64,000 bases of DNA from Candidatus Cloacimonadales bacterium. GTDB lineage: Bacteria; Cloacimonadota; Cloacimonadia; Cloacimonadales; DAONDQ01. Below the pieces are notes generated by a model, which worked only from the letters and a program-made list of their open reading frames with translations, made no database searches and was not told the origin of the DNA. The stretch spans positions 2,432,001 through 2,496,000 of the forward strand of contig OY759316.1 in assembly GCA_963662275.1 (NCBI GenBank), written 5' to 3'. Position numbers and translations under genes: made by a program. This document shows positions 30,994 through 41,181 of this stretch, piece after piece (within the stretch, counting starts at the first letter, position 1; the number at the start of each line of letters is the position of its first letter).

Positions 30994-31066
30994 TCATCTA
31001 GGCATCATCTAGGGATCATCTAGGGATCATCTAGACTTTTTTAGATTTTCCTTAGATTTTCTTTAG
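30994..31066. repeat. 11-bp phased array (TCATCTAGGSA x~4, then TTAG-N7 x3)
   Basis: CTAG at 30998, 31009, 31020, 31031; TTAG at 31041, 31052, 31063. Confidence 0.85.
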
Positions 31067-31295
31067 TTTTTGTTTCTTTTATGTATTTTTTATCTTCCAT
31101 GAGACTTATTTGGAAGTTCGAAGTTCGAAGTTGCTTTCTGAGGCATTTTCTTCTGTGCTCTGAACCTGTTAGCTGACACCTGAAACCTGGCACCTTCTGC
31201 GATATACGGGGGAGGATTCCGAATTGCAGAATAGAAGATGTCACTTCTGAACTTCCCTGATAATGATTTTCGCTACCGAGAAAGAAAGCTGAGTT

Positions 31296-31413
31296 CTCCG
31301 AGTGAATAGATTTATCTATTTGTATCGAGGAGACGACATTTATTTAAACTTGAGTGTAGTATCGCTTCATTTCGATACAATTTCTCCTTCGTCGAAATCA
31401 CTCAATGAACCGG
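31296..31413. repeat. Two copies (inverted) of the CTCGATACA...CACTC structured repeat
   Basis: 31296-31332 on the minus strand and 31366-31413 on the plus strand, each with its own inner hairpin. Confidence 0.65.
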
Positions 31414-31440
31414 CTCTTAGCTTTCATATAAAGTCCAACG

Positions 31441-31516
31441 GGTTGTAGAGTATGACGCCGATCATACTGATTAGTAGCTCCGCATTTACGCGGTTGTAGA
31501 GTATGACGCCGATCAT
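31441..31516 (+). repeat. 25-bp direct repeat x2 (GTAG plus hairpin, REP-like)
   Basis: GGTTGTAGAGTATGACGCCGATCAT at 31441 and 31492. Confidence 0.8.
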
Positions 31517-31638
31517 GCTATTGTGCAACTCCGAGTCAGCTTCGGTAAAAAAATTGGGAGTATCCATGTAGGGTAGAAATGAATTGACAAGAATGAGCTT
31601 CATGGTTAATTTTATATGTTCTTATATTGCAGGAGGCT

Positions 31639-33789
31639 ATGATGAAGAAAGCATTGATAATTATGTTTTTAGTTTTTTCTTTGCTGCCCTTATTATCTGT
31701 ATATCATAAACTTGGTGATTTTATTACACAGGGTACTGGATTCTCAATTGCAATCGTGGATAGTATTGCTTACATAGCTGAAGGTAATTCCGGTATACAA
31801 ATTATCGATGTCTCTGATCCGCAAAATCCAACGCTGATGAGTTCGTACCCAACACAGCAAAGTGCAAATTTTATCAGAGTAATTGGTGATGTAGCGTATA
31901 TAACATGTTATGATTATGGGTTGAAGATTCTTAATGTATCAAATCCTTTTAGTCCTGCATTACTTGGGGAGTATGATTCACCTGGGCAAGCCAAGTCTGT
32001 CTGCGTTGTAAATAATATCGCCTACATAGCAGATGGTTATTCTGGTTTGCTAATGCTTGATGTGTCTGATCCTCTAGATATAACATTACTTGGTACTTAT
32101 GTTACATCAGGCAGTGTTAATTCTGTTCAAGTTGTTGGCGATTTAGCTTATTTGGGTAAAGAGAATCATGACGGATTTTTACAGATAGTCAATGTATCTA
32201 ATCCGCAGAATCCAATTTTTCTGGGTTCATATTCAAGTTTGTTATCAACCGGGAATGAAACTTCAGTTGCAATCGATGGTAACTATGCTTATTTGACTTT
32301 AGGTACTGAATTTGTTCCAATTAATATTTCAGATCCCCAGAATCCTACTGCGGGATGGATTCCTAATACTTGGGGTAATATAAATTATATAACTTCGCAG
32401 GATGGATTCATTTATGCGACAAATGATTATCAAGGACTTTATGTAAAAAATATCAATAGTGGTCAAATATATTACTATGATACTTTTGGACAGACATTAT
32501 CTGTGGCAATCGTTAACGAAATCGCTTATTTAGTTGGTAATTCTGGATTACAGATTATTGATATATCTAATGCAAACAATTCCTCTTTAATTGGTTCCGC
32601 TTATAATTTTTATTATGCGCAGTCTATAGTTGTTAAATATGATGCTAGTTGGGGAGAGATTGCATTTATCATAAATTCTGCATTCTTATCAACATTTAGT
32701 GTATCAAACCCTCAGAATCCAACACAGCTTGGAACACGCGTGTTTCCTTCTTGGGCTAATTCTGTCTCGGTCAATGGAAATACTGCTTACGTGGCAGCAA
32801 CATCATCAGGATTGCAAGTAGTCGATATCTCCGATTTGACTAACCCAATTATCGCGGGATCTTACGATACACCAGGAAGTGCGCTATCTATAGCAGTTGT
32901 AGGCAATATTGCTTATGTAGCTGATGATGACTATGGTTTGCAGATTATCAATGTAGCTAACCCTAACGAACCCATGTTATTTCATTCTTATGATACTCCT
33001 GGAAATGCAACGTTTATCAGTGTAGTTGATTATGTTGCGTACATTGCAGATGGTAATTCAGGGTTACAGATTATTAATGTCGCTAATCCCGAAAATCCTG
33101 TCCCACTTGGATCATACGATACACCAGGGAATGCAGCATGTGTTCAAATCGTCGGCAATATAGCCTATGTTGCTGATGGTTCCAACGGTTTACTTGTTTT
33201 AGATATAAGCAATCCAGTTGTGCCAGTCTTATTACATACGTACAACTTACATCCCTCAAGCTACATTGGCTATTGTTACAAATTTGATAATCGGCTCTAT
33301 GTACCTGATGATTACTGGAACGAAATCAATGTATTTGATATCAATATTCCTCAATCACCAGTTCTGGTTAATAGATATTCTTGGAATTTGGAAACAGACG
33401 GGATGTGTATTGACAATAATTTGCTATATACGGCAAATGGACGTTATGGTATGAACATACATGATATCACAACATTTCCCATTTCAGGAGATGATTCAGT
33501 TCAATATCCTGAAATGCCCTCCTTATTAAAGAACTTTCCAAACCCATTTAAATCTGCAACTATCATTAGTTTTGAAGTTAAAGAAGCATGTAAGACCATA
33601 ATTGATGTATATAATGTCAAAGGTCAGATTGTCCGCACTTTAATCAATGAAACTAAGAGTATAGGGAATCATAAAGTTGTTTGGGATGGCAAAGACAAGC
33701 TAGGTAGAAGTCTGGCTACTGGTATATATTTTATTAATATGAAAGCTGGTAGTTACTCTACTACAAAGAAAGTAATCTTGATTAGGTAG
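31639..33789 (+). CDS. Secreted LVIVD-repeat beta-propeller protein with FlgD-Ig/Por-type tail
   Basis: AGGAGG RBS before ATG 31639; repeated AYVADGxxGLQIIDVSxPxNP..LGSYDTPG; FPNPF tail; TTGACA-17-TAATTT promoter at 31584-31612. Confidence 0.88.
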   Translation: MMKKALIIMFLVFSLLPLLSVYHKLGDFITQGTGFSIAIVDSIAYIAEGNSGIQIIDVSDPQNPTLMSSYPTQQSANFIRVIGDVAYITCYDYGLKILNVSNPFSPALLGEYDSPGQAKSVCVVNNIAYIADGYSGLLMLDVSDPLDITLLGTYVTSGSVNSVQVVGDLAYLGKENHDGFLQIVNVSNPQNPIFLGSYSSLLSTGNETSVAIDGNYAYLTLGTEFVPINISDPQNPTAGWIPNTWGNINYITSQDGFIYATNDYQGLYVKNINSGQIYYYDTFGQTLSVAIVNEIAYLVGNSGLQIIDISNANNSSLIGSAYNFYYAQSIVVKYDASWGEIAFIINSAFLSTFSVSNPQNPTQLGTRVFPSWANSVSVNGNTAYVAATSSGLQVVDISDLTNPIIAGSYDTPGSALSIAVVGNIAYVADDDYGLQIINVANPNEPMLFHSYDTPGNATFISVVDYVAYIADGNSGLQIINVANPENPVPLGSYDTPGNAACVQIVGNIAYVADGSNGLLVLDISNPVVPVLLHTYNLHPSSYIGYCYKFDNRLYVPDDYWNEINVFDINIPQSPVLVNRYSWNLETDGMCIDNNLLYTANGRYGMNIHDITTFPISGDDSVQYPEMPSLLKNFPNPFKSATIISFEVKEACKTIIDVYNVKGQIVRTLINETKSIGNHKVVWDGKDKLGRSLATGIYFINMKAGSYSTTKKVILIR

Positions 33790-33904
33790 TAGTCGATTTA
33801 TCCCTTTTTTCAAAAGATGATATTCATGCATCAACCATTTTCCATTTCTTCTCTCAACCTATAAGCTGTAAGCTGATAGGTTGTAGCAATTGACAGGGAA
33901 AGCA

Positions 33905-33930
33905 AAACAGCAGGCTTTCACCTGCTGTTT
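33905..33930. terminator. Bidirectional terminator between convergent genes
   Basis: AAACAGCAGG-loop-CCTGCTGTTT. Confidence 0.75.
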
Positions 33931-33952
33931 AATATCTAATGCAAAAATAGTA

Positions 33953-35062
33953 TTATTTGTTTTCACCTTGGAATTTGATCATAAATTCAGCAAGAGCATG
34001 GCAACTGGCAACAGGGCAGGCATTGTAAGTAGAGGCACGAACACCGCCGACACTACGATGACCTTTCAGTCCGATCATACCGAGAGCTTTTGCTTCCTTG
34101 ATGAATTTTTCTTCCAGTTCTTCGGTGGGAAGTCTGAAAGTGATATTCATGAGGGAGCGATCTTCCTTCGCGACTGTACCTTTATAGAAGCCTTCTGAAT
34201 TGTCGATGGCATCATAGATATACTTTGCTTTCGCCTGGTTATTGATGGCAACCTGCTTCAAGCCACCGCATGATTCGATCCATTTCAAAATAAGACCAAT
34301 GATATAGATGGCGAATGTAGGTGGTGTATTGAACATGGAGCCGTTACCGATGTGGGTCTTGTAGCTGAGCATTGTAGCTAAGCTGGGTTGAGCCTTCTCG
34401 ATAGCAGCGAGGAGATCATTGCGAATAATAACCACAACGCATCCTGCTGGTCCGACGTTCTTCTGAGCACCTGCATAGATCAGGGAATAGCGTTTGGCAT
34501 CAATGGGTTTGCTCATAAAGTTGGAGGACATATCTGAAATTAAGGGAACATCAGCGGGTACTTCCGGGTCGAAATGATATTCTGTTCCATAGATAGTATT
34601 GTTGTTCGTGATATGTAAGTAGGCTGGGTTTTCTGAAAGCGTATATTCTTTGGGTATAAAAGAGAATTTGCTTTCTTCTGAAGTTGCAGCCAGATGCGTC
34701 TTCTTTCCGATCTTCTTGGCTTCCTTATACGCTTTGGTTGCCCATTCACCGGTATTGATATAGTTTGCCACTTTATCATCCGGACACAGGTTCAGCGGAA
34801 CCATGAGGAATTGCAGGCTTGCTCCGCCCTGGAGAAAGAGAACATCATAATCATCACCCAGCTCGTACAGGGCTTTTACTCTCGCCATGGCATCGTCAAT
34901 GATTGCCTGGTATTCTTTGGAACGGTGAGACATTTCCATGACAGATTGTCCGGTTCCTTTGTAGTTCAGAAGGTCGGCTTGAATTTCACGTAAGACTTCC
35001 TCTGGTAAAACAGCGGGTCCGGCATTAAAATTGTGGGCTCTTTTTTCCATTTTTTTCTCCAT
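33953..35062 (-). CDS. serC: Phosphoserine aminotransferase
   Basis: NFNAGPA, EMSHRS, GEWA, NNTIYG, DMSS, GAQKN, FNTPP and GHRSVGGVRAS motifs. Start may be ATG 35050. Confidence 0.95.
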   Translation of the reverse strand: MEKKMEKRAHNFNAGPAVLPEEVLREIQADLLNYKGTGQSVMEMSHRSKEYQAIIDDAMARVKALYELGDDYDVLFLQGGASLQFLMVPLNLCPDDKVANYINTGEWATKAYKEAKKIGKKTHLAATSEESKFSFIPKEYTLSENPAYLHITNNNTIYGTEYHFDPEVPADVPLISDMSSNFMSKPIDAKRYSLIYAGAQKNVGPAGCVVVIIRNDLLAAIEKAQPSLATMLSYKTHIGNGSMFNTPPTFAIYIIGLILKWIESCGGLKQVAINNQAKAKYIYDAIDNSEGFYKGTVAKEDRSLMNITFRLPTEELEEKFIKEAKALGMIGLKGHRSVGGVRASTYNACPVASCHALAEFMIKFQGENK

Positions 35063-35114
35063 ATTATTATTTTTTCGAAAAATAAAAACTCAGATTAGTG
35101 TGGCAAGTTTTTTT

Positions 35115-36230
35115 TTATTTCTCATCCTTATCAGCAAATTGTTTAGGATTTGCGACACGGAATTTGTTCATAAATATTGCAAGGGCATGGCAACTCACGA
35201 CCGGGCAGGAATTATAGATTGAAGCACGAATTCCACCAACATTTCGATGCCCCTTTAATCCAATCATATTCAAAGCATATGCTTCATTAATGAATTTTTC
35301 CTCCAGTTCCTCGCTGGGTAGTCTGAATGTGATATTCATGAATGATCGATCTTTTAACTGCACAGCTCCACGATAATAGCCGTAAGAGCCATCAATGGCA
35401 TCATAAATATACTTTGCCTTATGTTTATTATTAATTTCAACTTGCCTTAATCCACCGCTAATTTGGATCCACCTGAGCATCAGACCAGTGACATAGATGG
35501 AAAAAGTAGGTGGCGTATTAAACATAGAACTGCTATCAATATGTGTTTTATAACTGAGCATAGTCGGCAAGTCTGGTTGTAGTCTTTCAATAAGATCCTT
35601 GCGAATAATGACAATCGTACATCCGGCGATACCTATATTCTTTCCTGCACTAGCATAAATTAAGGAATAACGTTTGACATCGATTGGTTTGCTCATGAAA
35701 TCTGATGACATATCTGCAATAAGTGGAACATCATTGGGTATAACAGGATCGAAATGATATTCTGTTCCATAAATAGCATTGTTAGTTGTAATATGCAAAT
35801 ATGCTGGATTTTTGAATATCATAAAATCCTTAGGGATGTGGTTAAAATTGCTATCTTCCGAGGAAGCTGCCATGAAAGCTTTTTTTCCTATTTTCCTCGC
35901 TTCATCATGAGCTTTAATCGCTGATTCCCCCGTGCAAATGTAATTTGCAACTTGTCTGTCAGAACATAAATTTAAGGGAATCATTAAATATTGAAGACTT
36001 GCTCCTCCCTGGAGAAAGAGTACTTCATAGTCATCACCAAGGCGATATAAGCTCTTAACACTTTCCTGAGCATCATCTATAATAGCTTGATAATCTTTTG
36101 AACGATGTGACATTTCCAACACAGATTGCCCTGTCTGATGATAATTTAACAGGTTAGCTTGTATTTCCATCAAGACTTCATCGGGTAAAACAGCAGGACC
36201 GGCATTGAAGTTATGTGCTCTTTTTTTCAC
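35115..36230 (-). CDS. serC: Phosphoserine aminotransferase paralog with altered PLP-site residues
   Basis: Full-length tandem paralog (GTG start, GGAGG RBS) with GESA, NNAIYG and SAGKN in place of GEWA, NNTIYG and GAQKN. Confidence 0.85.
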   Translation of the reverse strand: MKKRAHNFNAGPAVLPDEVLMEIQANLLNYHQTGQSVLEMSHRSKDYQAIIDDAQESVKSLYRLGDDYEVLFLQGGASLQYLMIPLNLCSDRQVANYICTGESAIKAHDEARKIGKKAFMAASSEDSNFNHIPKDFMIFKNPAYLHITTNNAIYGTEYHFDPVIPNDVPLIADMSSDFMSKPIDVKRYSLIYASAGKNIGIAGCTIVIIRKDLIERLQPDLPTMLSYKTHIDSSSMFNTPPTFSIYVTGLMLRWIQISGGLRQVEINNKHKAKYIYDAIDGSYGYYRGAVQLKDRSFMNITFRLPSEELEEKFINEAYALNMIGLKGHRNVGGIRASIYNSCPVVSCHALAIFMNKFRVANPKQFADKDEK

Positions 36231-36401
36231 ATTTCCTCCATTCTTGTCTTTTATTCATAATATGAATAATCTGTTTAATAAGCAAGTTATTTTTATGAGT
36301 ACTTATGTTTTTTACATAATTGAAGAACGTTAATCAATAATCATCGATTTTTTTCATTGACTCACACATAGATTAACAAATTATCAGTCAGAGGAAAGTA
36401 C

Positions 36402-36986
36402 ATGATTCATACATTTCTAAAAGGTAAGAAAGTCGTCCTGGCATCAGAATCTCCCAGGCGAAAGAAAATCTTCAATATGATTGGAATTCATGCATTACAA
36501 ATGCCAGCCCACTTGGAGGAACCAATTGAAGATATTCCACCGCATAAATACGTTATGAAATATGCCCGGAAGAAAGCAGAGTGCGTTTACCACAATGTCG
36601 ATAGCGATTGTGTAGTAGTGGGAGCAGACACGATTGTCTATATGGATCATAAGATATTTGGAAAACCTGTAGATATCTATCAAGCAACGGATTATCTTTC
36701 TCTTCTCTCCGGTAATCGGCATGACGTTTATACAGGAATTTGCATTGCCTATAAAAATCAGTATTATATTGATTATGAGAAGACTTCTGTTGAATTCAAA
36801 GTGCTATCGATTAATGAGATTGAAGAATATGTCAAAACTAATGAACCCATGGATAAAGCAGGTGCATATGGTATCCAAGGGTATGGAAGCCAGTTTATTA
36901 CGAAAGTGAGTGGCTGCTATTTCAATGTGATGGGATTCCCTGTTTCCTGTTTTCACGAACTACTGAAAAAGATCATGCAATCATGA
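36402..36986 (+). CDS. maf: Maf-family nucleotide pyrophosphatase
   Basis: LASESPRR, GADTIV, GKP, DKAGAYGIQG and NVMGFP motifs. Confidence 0.93.
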   Translation: MIHTFLKGKKVVLASESPRRKKIFNMIGIHALQMPAHLEEPIEDIPPHKYVMKYARKKAECVYHNVDSDCVVVGADTIVYMDHKIFGKPVDIYQATDYLSLLSGNRHDVYTGICIAYKNQYYIDYEKTSVEFKVLSINEIEEYVKTNEPMDKAGAYGIQGYGSQFITKVSGCYFNVMGFPVSCFHELLKKIMQS

Positions 36987-36993
36987 AGGAAAA

Positions 36994-38463
36994 ATGAAAA
37001 CTCTCTTCACAAATGCTACGATTTATTCCCTGCGCTTTGAAAATGAATCATATAAATCAATGTTGGTTGAAGACGGTATTATTAAAGACGTCTTTCAGAA
37101 TATACCAACAATGAATTCAGAAATTGTCGATTTACAAGGAGCATTTGTTTATCCGGGATTCATTGATACTCATACTCATTCCTTTGAAGGTGGTTTATAT
37201 AGCTTGGGTGTTAACCTGGAAAAAGCGAAAACGATTTCTGAAACACTAGAACTTCTCAGAATGGCAAAACCACAGGGAAATCTTATTTTTGCTTATCATT
37301 TTGATGAAACAGAAATGAAAGAAAAACGCTTCCCTACCCTGGAAGAACTTGATTCAATATTTCCCTCAAATCCAGTACTTTTAAGAAGAGTAGATGGACA
37401 TTCCTGTGTCATTAATTCTGAAGCTGCCAAACGCATTCCTTGGGGACAAGCTCCTCCTCCTGGTTTTTATGGTTTATTACGTAAAGAAGATAACGATCTG
37501 GCAGCACACTGGTTTCATGGAAATCTATCTGATGAAGCTGTTCTGCAGGCATATCAGCAAGCAGCTCAACTGGCAATCAACGGTGGACACACGACGATTC
37601 ATACGATGATTGGTGATTCTGTCAATAATCCAACCCACTATGCCCTTATAGAAAAGCATAAAGCTAAATTTCCCATAGAATTCATCACTTATCCTCAGAT
37701 GTTTGATATCAGGAAAGCTCTGGAGCTTGGTTCAAAACGAATTGGCGGATGTATATTAGCAGACGGTTCCTTTGGCTCACACACCGCTGCACTGACAGTT
37801 CCTTATACAGACGAGCCTGATAATTACGGTACACTTTACCATGATGATGAATTCTGGATGAATTTCGTTATGGAAGCTCATAATAACGATTTGCAAGTGG
37901 CAGTTCATTGTATAGGGGATAAAGCTGTGAATCAAATTCTGCAAGCTTATGAAATGGTTCAAAAGCAAAAACTAAAAGATTTGCGTCATGAGCTTATTCA
38001 TTGTGAACTAATGACGGATGATATGTTAAAAAGAGCACGAAATGCAGGCGTTAGCTGTGTTATGCAACCGATGTTTGATCATTTATGGGGTGGAGATTCA
38101 GGCTTATATGCGAGAGTACTGGGAACTGATAGAGCTTTTTCCACCAATCGTTTCGCTTCTATAATGAAACAAGGTATCCTTTGCACAGGTGGGTCAGACT
38201 GGTATATTACAGAGTTGAATGCCCTCAAGGGGATTTCAGCAGCAGTACATCATCATAATCCCAAGGAAGCACTCTCTCCCTATGAAGCGGTCAAGCTATA
38301 TACTGTCAATGCTGCAAAGCTATCACATGATGAAAACAGAATAGGAAAGATCACGCAGAATTACCAGGCAGATTTTGTCTGTCTAGGCAGTAACATTATG
38401 CATTCGAATGATATTGCTTCAATTCCACTGTTATCTGTCTATAAAAAAGGCATCAAAGTATGA
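36994..38463 (+). CDS. Amidohydrolase 3 family (YtcJ-like) metal-dependent hydrolase
   Basis: PGFIDTHTH, DGH, DGSFGSHTA, HCIGD, HCE and GSD motifs. Confidence 0.88.
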   Translation: MKTLFTNATIYSLRFENESYKSMLVEDGIIKDVFQNIPTMNSEIVDLQGAFVYPGFIDTHTHSFEGGLYSLGVNLEKAKTISETLELLRMAKPQGNLIFAYHFDETEMKEKRFPTLEELDSIFPSNPVLLRRVDGHSCVINSEAAKRIPWGQAPPPGFYGLLRKEDNDLAAHWFHGNLSDEAVLQAYQQAAQLAINGGHTTIHTMIGDSVNNPTHYALIEKHKAKFPIEFITYPQMFDIRKALELGSKRIGGCILADGSFGSHTAALTVPYTDEPDNYGTLYHDDEFWMNFVMEAHNNDLQVAVHCIGDKAVNQILQAYEMVQKQKLKDLRHELIHCELMTDDMLKRARNAGVSCVMQPMFDHLWGGDSGLYARVLGTDRAFSTNRFASIMKQGILCTGGSDWYITELNALKGISAAVHHHNPKEALSPYEAVKLYTVNAAKLSHDENRIGKITQNYQADFVCLGSNIMHSNDIASIPLLSVYKKGIKV

Positions 38464-39014
38464 TCGCTACGGATTTTATGAGAGCGGTTAAAACACTTGC
38501 CTGGAGAGAATTTGTTCTGTATCCAAAGTCTAATTTGATTGATTATTATAAGCTTTTTTACCAAGGCACTTTTGGACCGGGTCATCTTATTAGTAACAGG
38601 CAAACAGCATATTCTCATCTCCTGGAGGAGATAGTCGACAGCAGTAATACTGAAGCACCTTTTCTACAGGATATCTCATTTATAAACCCATATTGTCGCG
38701 TAAGTCTGGAAATCGTGGAGAAGAAACTGATTGAAGCTGATGCTTTCTTTGATATTTTGCTGGAAAGCTGCACAGTACAGAGAATCCTCTCCCCCATTGA
38801 ATGGAATGAAGCTTGGCTTGATATTGAGAATATCCTTTTTCAAATATTACCTAAATTGAAAGAACAGGATTTAGCGGATACCATTCATAATCACTTACAT
38901 GGTGATAAAGTACCCATTTTCAGACATAGTGAATCCTTTCGAGAAGCTTATCATCCGCATTATCGTTTGATAAGAAAAGATCTGTTACCCAGTCATATTC
39001 TACTTTATACATAA
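38460..39014 (+). CDS. Conserved hypothetical protein
   Basis: ATGA overlap with the upstream gene; DYYKLFYQGTFGPGHLI and HSESFREAYHPHYRLI segments look conserved. Confidence 0.7.
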   Translation: MIATDFMRAVKTLAWREFVLYPKSNLIDYYKLFYQGTFGPGHLISNRQTAYSHLLEEIVDSSNTEAPFLQDISFINPYCRVSLEIVEKKLIEADAFFDILLESCTVQRILSPIEWNEAWLDIENILFQILPKLKEQDLADTIHNHLHGDKVPIFRHSESFREAYHPHYRLIRKDLLPSHILLYT

Positions 39015-39035
39015 CAAAATAGAAGGAAGCATATT

Positions 39036-41174
39036 TTGAAGAAGAAAACAGCCAAAATAGCACAACCTTTGAAACCGAAACCTCATTTTTCTGTCTTTCG
39101 CTATAGCAACCTGATATTCATTATTCTGATTATACTTGCTGGTATCGTTTCCTACAGCAATTCTTTCACAGTGCCCTTCCAGTTTGATGATTATGTAAAT
39201 TTTGTGAACCAGCAGAGTAATCACGATCTTTCTCACTTTGGAAATCTAACTACATGGATTCATGCAACCAATAGACCTTTATCCAATTTTTCATTAGCTT
39301 TAAACTATCATTTCAATGGTTTCGAAACTAATAATTACCATGTAATCAATCTACTCTTTCATGTATTAACAGGATTGGTTCTATTTCTCCTGATCTTCCA
39401 ATTGACTAATTTCTTTATGAAAGATGATAAAACCAGCCGAAGCTGGTTTGCTTTCCTGGTATCCTTAGTTTTTGTTTTACACCCTATTCAAACACAAGCA
39501 GTAACTTATATCGTTCAAAGAATGTCTGTGATGGCTGCCCTGTTTTACCTCCTATCCATTTACTTGTATGGAGAGGGTAGAATCAAACATATAGATATGG
39601 GGATATCAAAGAAGACATGCCTTTTATATGCGTTGTCTTTCATATCGTTCATTTTGGCTTTGGAAAGTAAAGAAAATGCAGCTACTTTGCCTGTTGTGCT
39701 GCTTTTATACGAAATCTGTTTTATTAGAGATAAGCAGAATAAACCATTTCTTAAATACATCATATCCTTTGGGGCTATACTTGTTTTAATTGGAACTGCA
39801 ATCGTCATATCCGGTCATATTCCCAAGCAGACTGATCTGATTACAAGAGGGCAATATTTCCTTACTCAAATACGTGTCATTGTTCAATACTTAAAACTCC
39901 TTGTTCTTCCAATTGGTTTGAACATTGATCATGACGTTAAATTAAGCAGTTCATTCTTCGCTTTACCAGTCATTATCAGCACTATAATATTACTTGTATT
40001 ACTAGACATGAGTTACCATCTTTATAAAAAACATCGTATTATATCATTTGCTATTTTGTGGTTTTTTATCACATTAGCCGTAGAATCTTCCATTATTCCC
40101 ATCAGTGATGTCATGGTAGAGCATAGATTATATCTTCCATTGGTTGGATTTGCCATTGCCCTGGTTTATGCAGCAAAGTATATTTTGGGTAAGAACCATC
40201 AATCCTATTATCAGTATGGAATTCTTCTCATTGTTATTCTATACGGGGGGTTGACCATTCACCGAAATCACATATGGCAAAGTGAAGAAGGATTATGGAC
40301 TGATACAATATCCAAATCCCCAAACAAAGCAAGACCACATAGGATGCTTGCTGATGTTTATCTCAAACAGGAGCGTTTCAGCGATGCTAGGCAAGAGTAT
40401 AAAAAGGCTATCCAGATCGAACCGAAGAATCCCGAGTTTTACGTTAATTATGGATATTCACTTGAGAAATCAGGTGATTTGTCTTCAGCAAAAAAAGCTT
40501 ATCTGCAATCATTAGCAATTTTACCTAATCAATCTATGGTCTATGTTAATCTAGGCAATATTGCCCAGCAACAATATGAGTTCGTGCAAGCAGCATCGTT
40601 TTACAAGAAAGCTTTGCAATTGAAACCTGATTTCCAGGAAGCTTCGCTTGGACTAGCAGCAGCTTTTGATAAAATGGGAGACCATCAAGCAGCCCAAGCC
40701 TTATATGGGAATTCCAATAGCGCATCTTACGATGCTTCACTTCGACTTGGGATGTCTTTGTTAGAACAGGGGAATTATCCAAATGCAATATCCAGCCTGG
40801 AAAAAGCTATTCAATTAGAACCGACAAAAGCAGAAGCATATTATCAATTGGGCAGGGTATATTTAAGTAAACATCAAATGAGTAAAGCAGCAGATTATTG
40901 GAAGAAAGCACTTTCATTTGATCATGATTATTATATGGCATACAATGATTTAGGTACTGCTGCTTATATGAGTCAATTATTTAAGCTATCTATAGATTAC
41001 TGGGAGAAATCATTGAAGATAAATGCCAACCAAGCAAGTATCTATGCCATGATCGGTTCTTCCTATTACCAGATGGGAGATAAGCAAAAATTAATCGAGT
41101 ATTACAAAAAAGCTGCTGATTTAGGATATGCTCCTGCGAAAGAAGCTCTAAAAAAACAATTCATGGAGGATTGA
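39036..41174 (+). CDS. TMTC-like multi-TM GT-C glycosyltransferase with C-terminal TPR repeats (paralog 1)
   Basis: FQFDD, RPL, HVINLLFH, HPIQTQAV, SKE, EHRLYLP and RNHIW..E..LW motifs; many TM segments; TPR tail. Confidence 0.85.
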   Translation: MKKKTAKIAQPLKPKPHFSVFRYSNLIFIILIILAGIVSYSNSFTVPFQFDDYVNFVNQQSNHDLSHFGNLTTWIHATNRPLSNFSLALNYHFNGFETNNYHVINLLFHVLTGLVLFLLIFQLTNFFMKDDKTSRSWFAFLVSLVFVLHPIQTQAVTYIVQRMSVMAALFYLLSIYLYGEGRIKHIDMGISKKTCLLYALSFISFILALESKENAATLPVVLLLYEICFIRDKQNKPFLKYIISFGAILVLIGTAIVISGHIPKQTDLITRGQYFLTQIRVIVQYLKLLVLPIGLNIDHDVKLSSSFFALPVIISTIILLVLLDMSYHLYKKHRIISFAILWFFITLAVESSIIPISDVMVEHRLYLPLVGFAIALVYAAKYILGKNHQSYYQYGILLIVILYGGLTIHRNHIWQSEEGLWTDTISKSPNKARPHRMLADVYLKQERFSDARQEYKKAIQIEPKNPEFYVNYGYSLEKSGDLSSAKKAYLQSLAILPNQSMVYVNLGNIAQQQYEFVQAASFYKKALQLKPDFQEASLGLAAAFDKMGDHQAAQALYGNSNSASYDASLRLGMSLLEQGNYPNAISSLEKAIQLEPTKAEAYYQLGRVYLSKHQMSKAADYWKKALSFDHDYYMAYNDLGTAAYMSQLFKLSIDYWEKSLKINANQASIYAMIGSSYYQMGDKQKLIEYYKKAADLGYAPAKEALKKQFMED

Positions 41175-41181
41175 GAAGAAT

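Noticed and set aside
30691..31516. CRISPR array from the 33-bp and 25-bp repeats
   Set aside because: The 33-bp units are contiguous with no unique spacers, the 25-bp repeat has only two copies, and no cas genes are present; REP-like instead.
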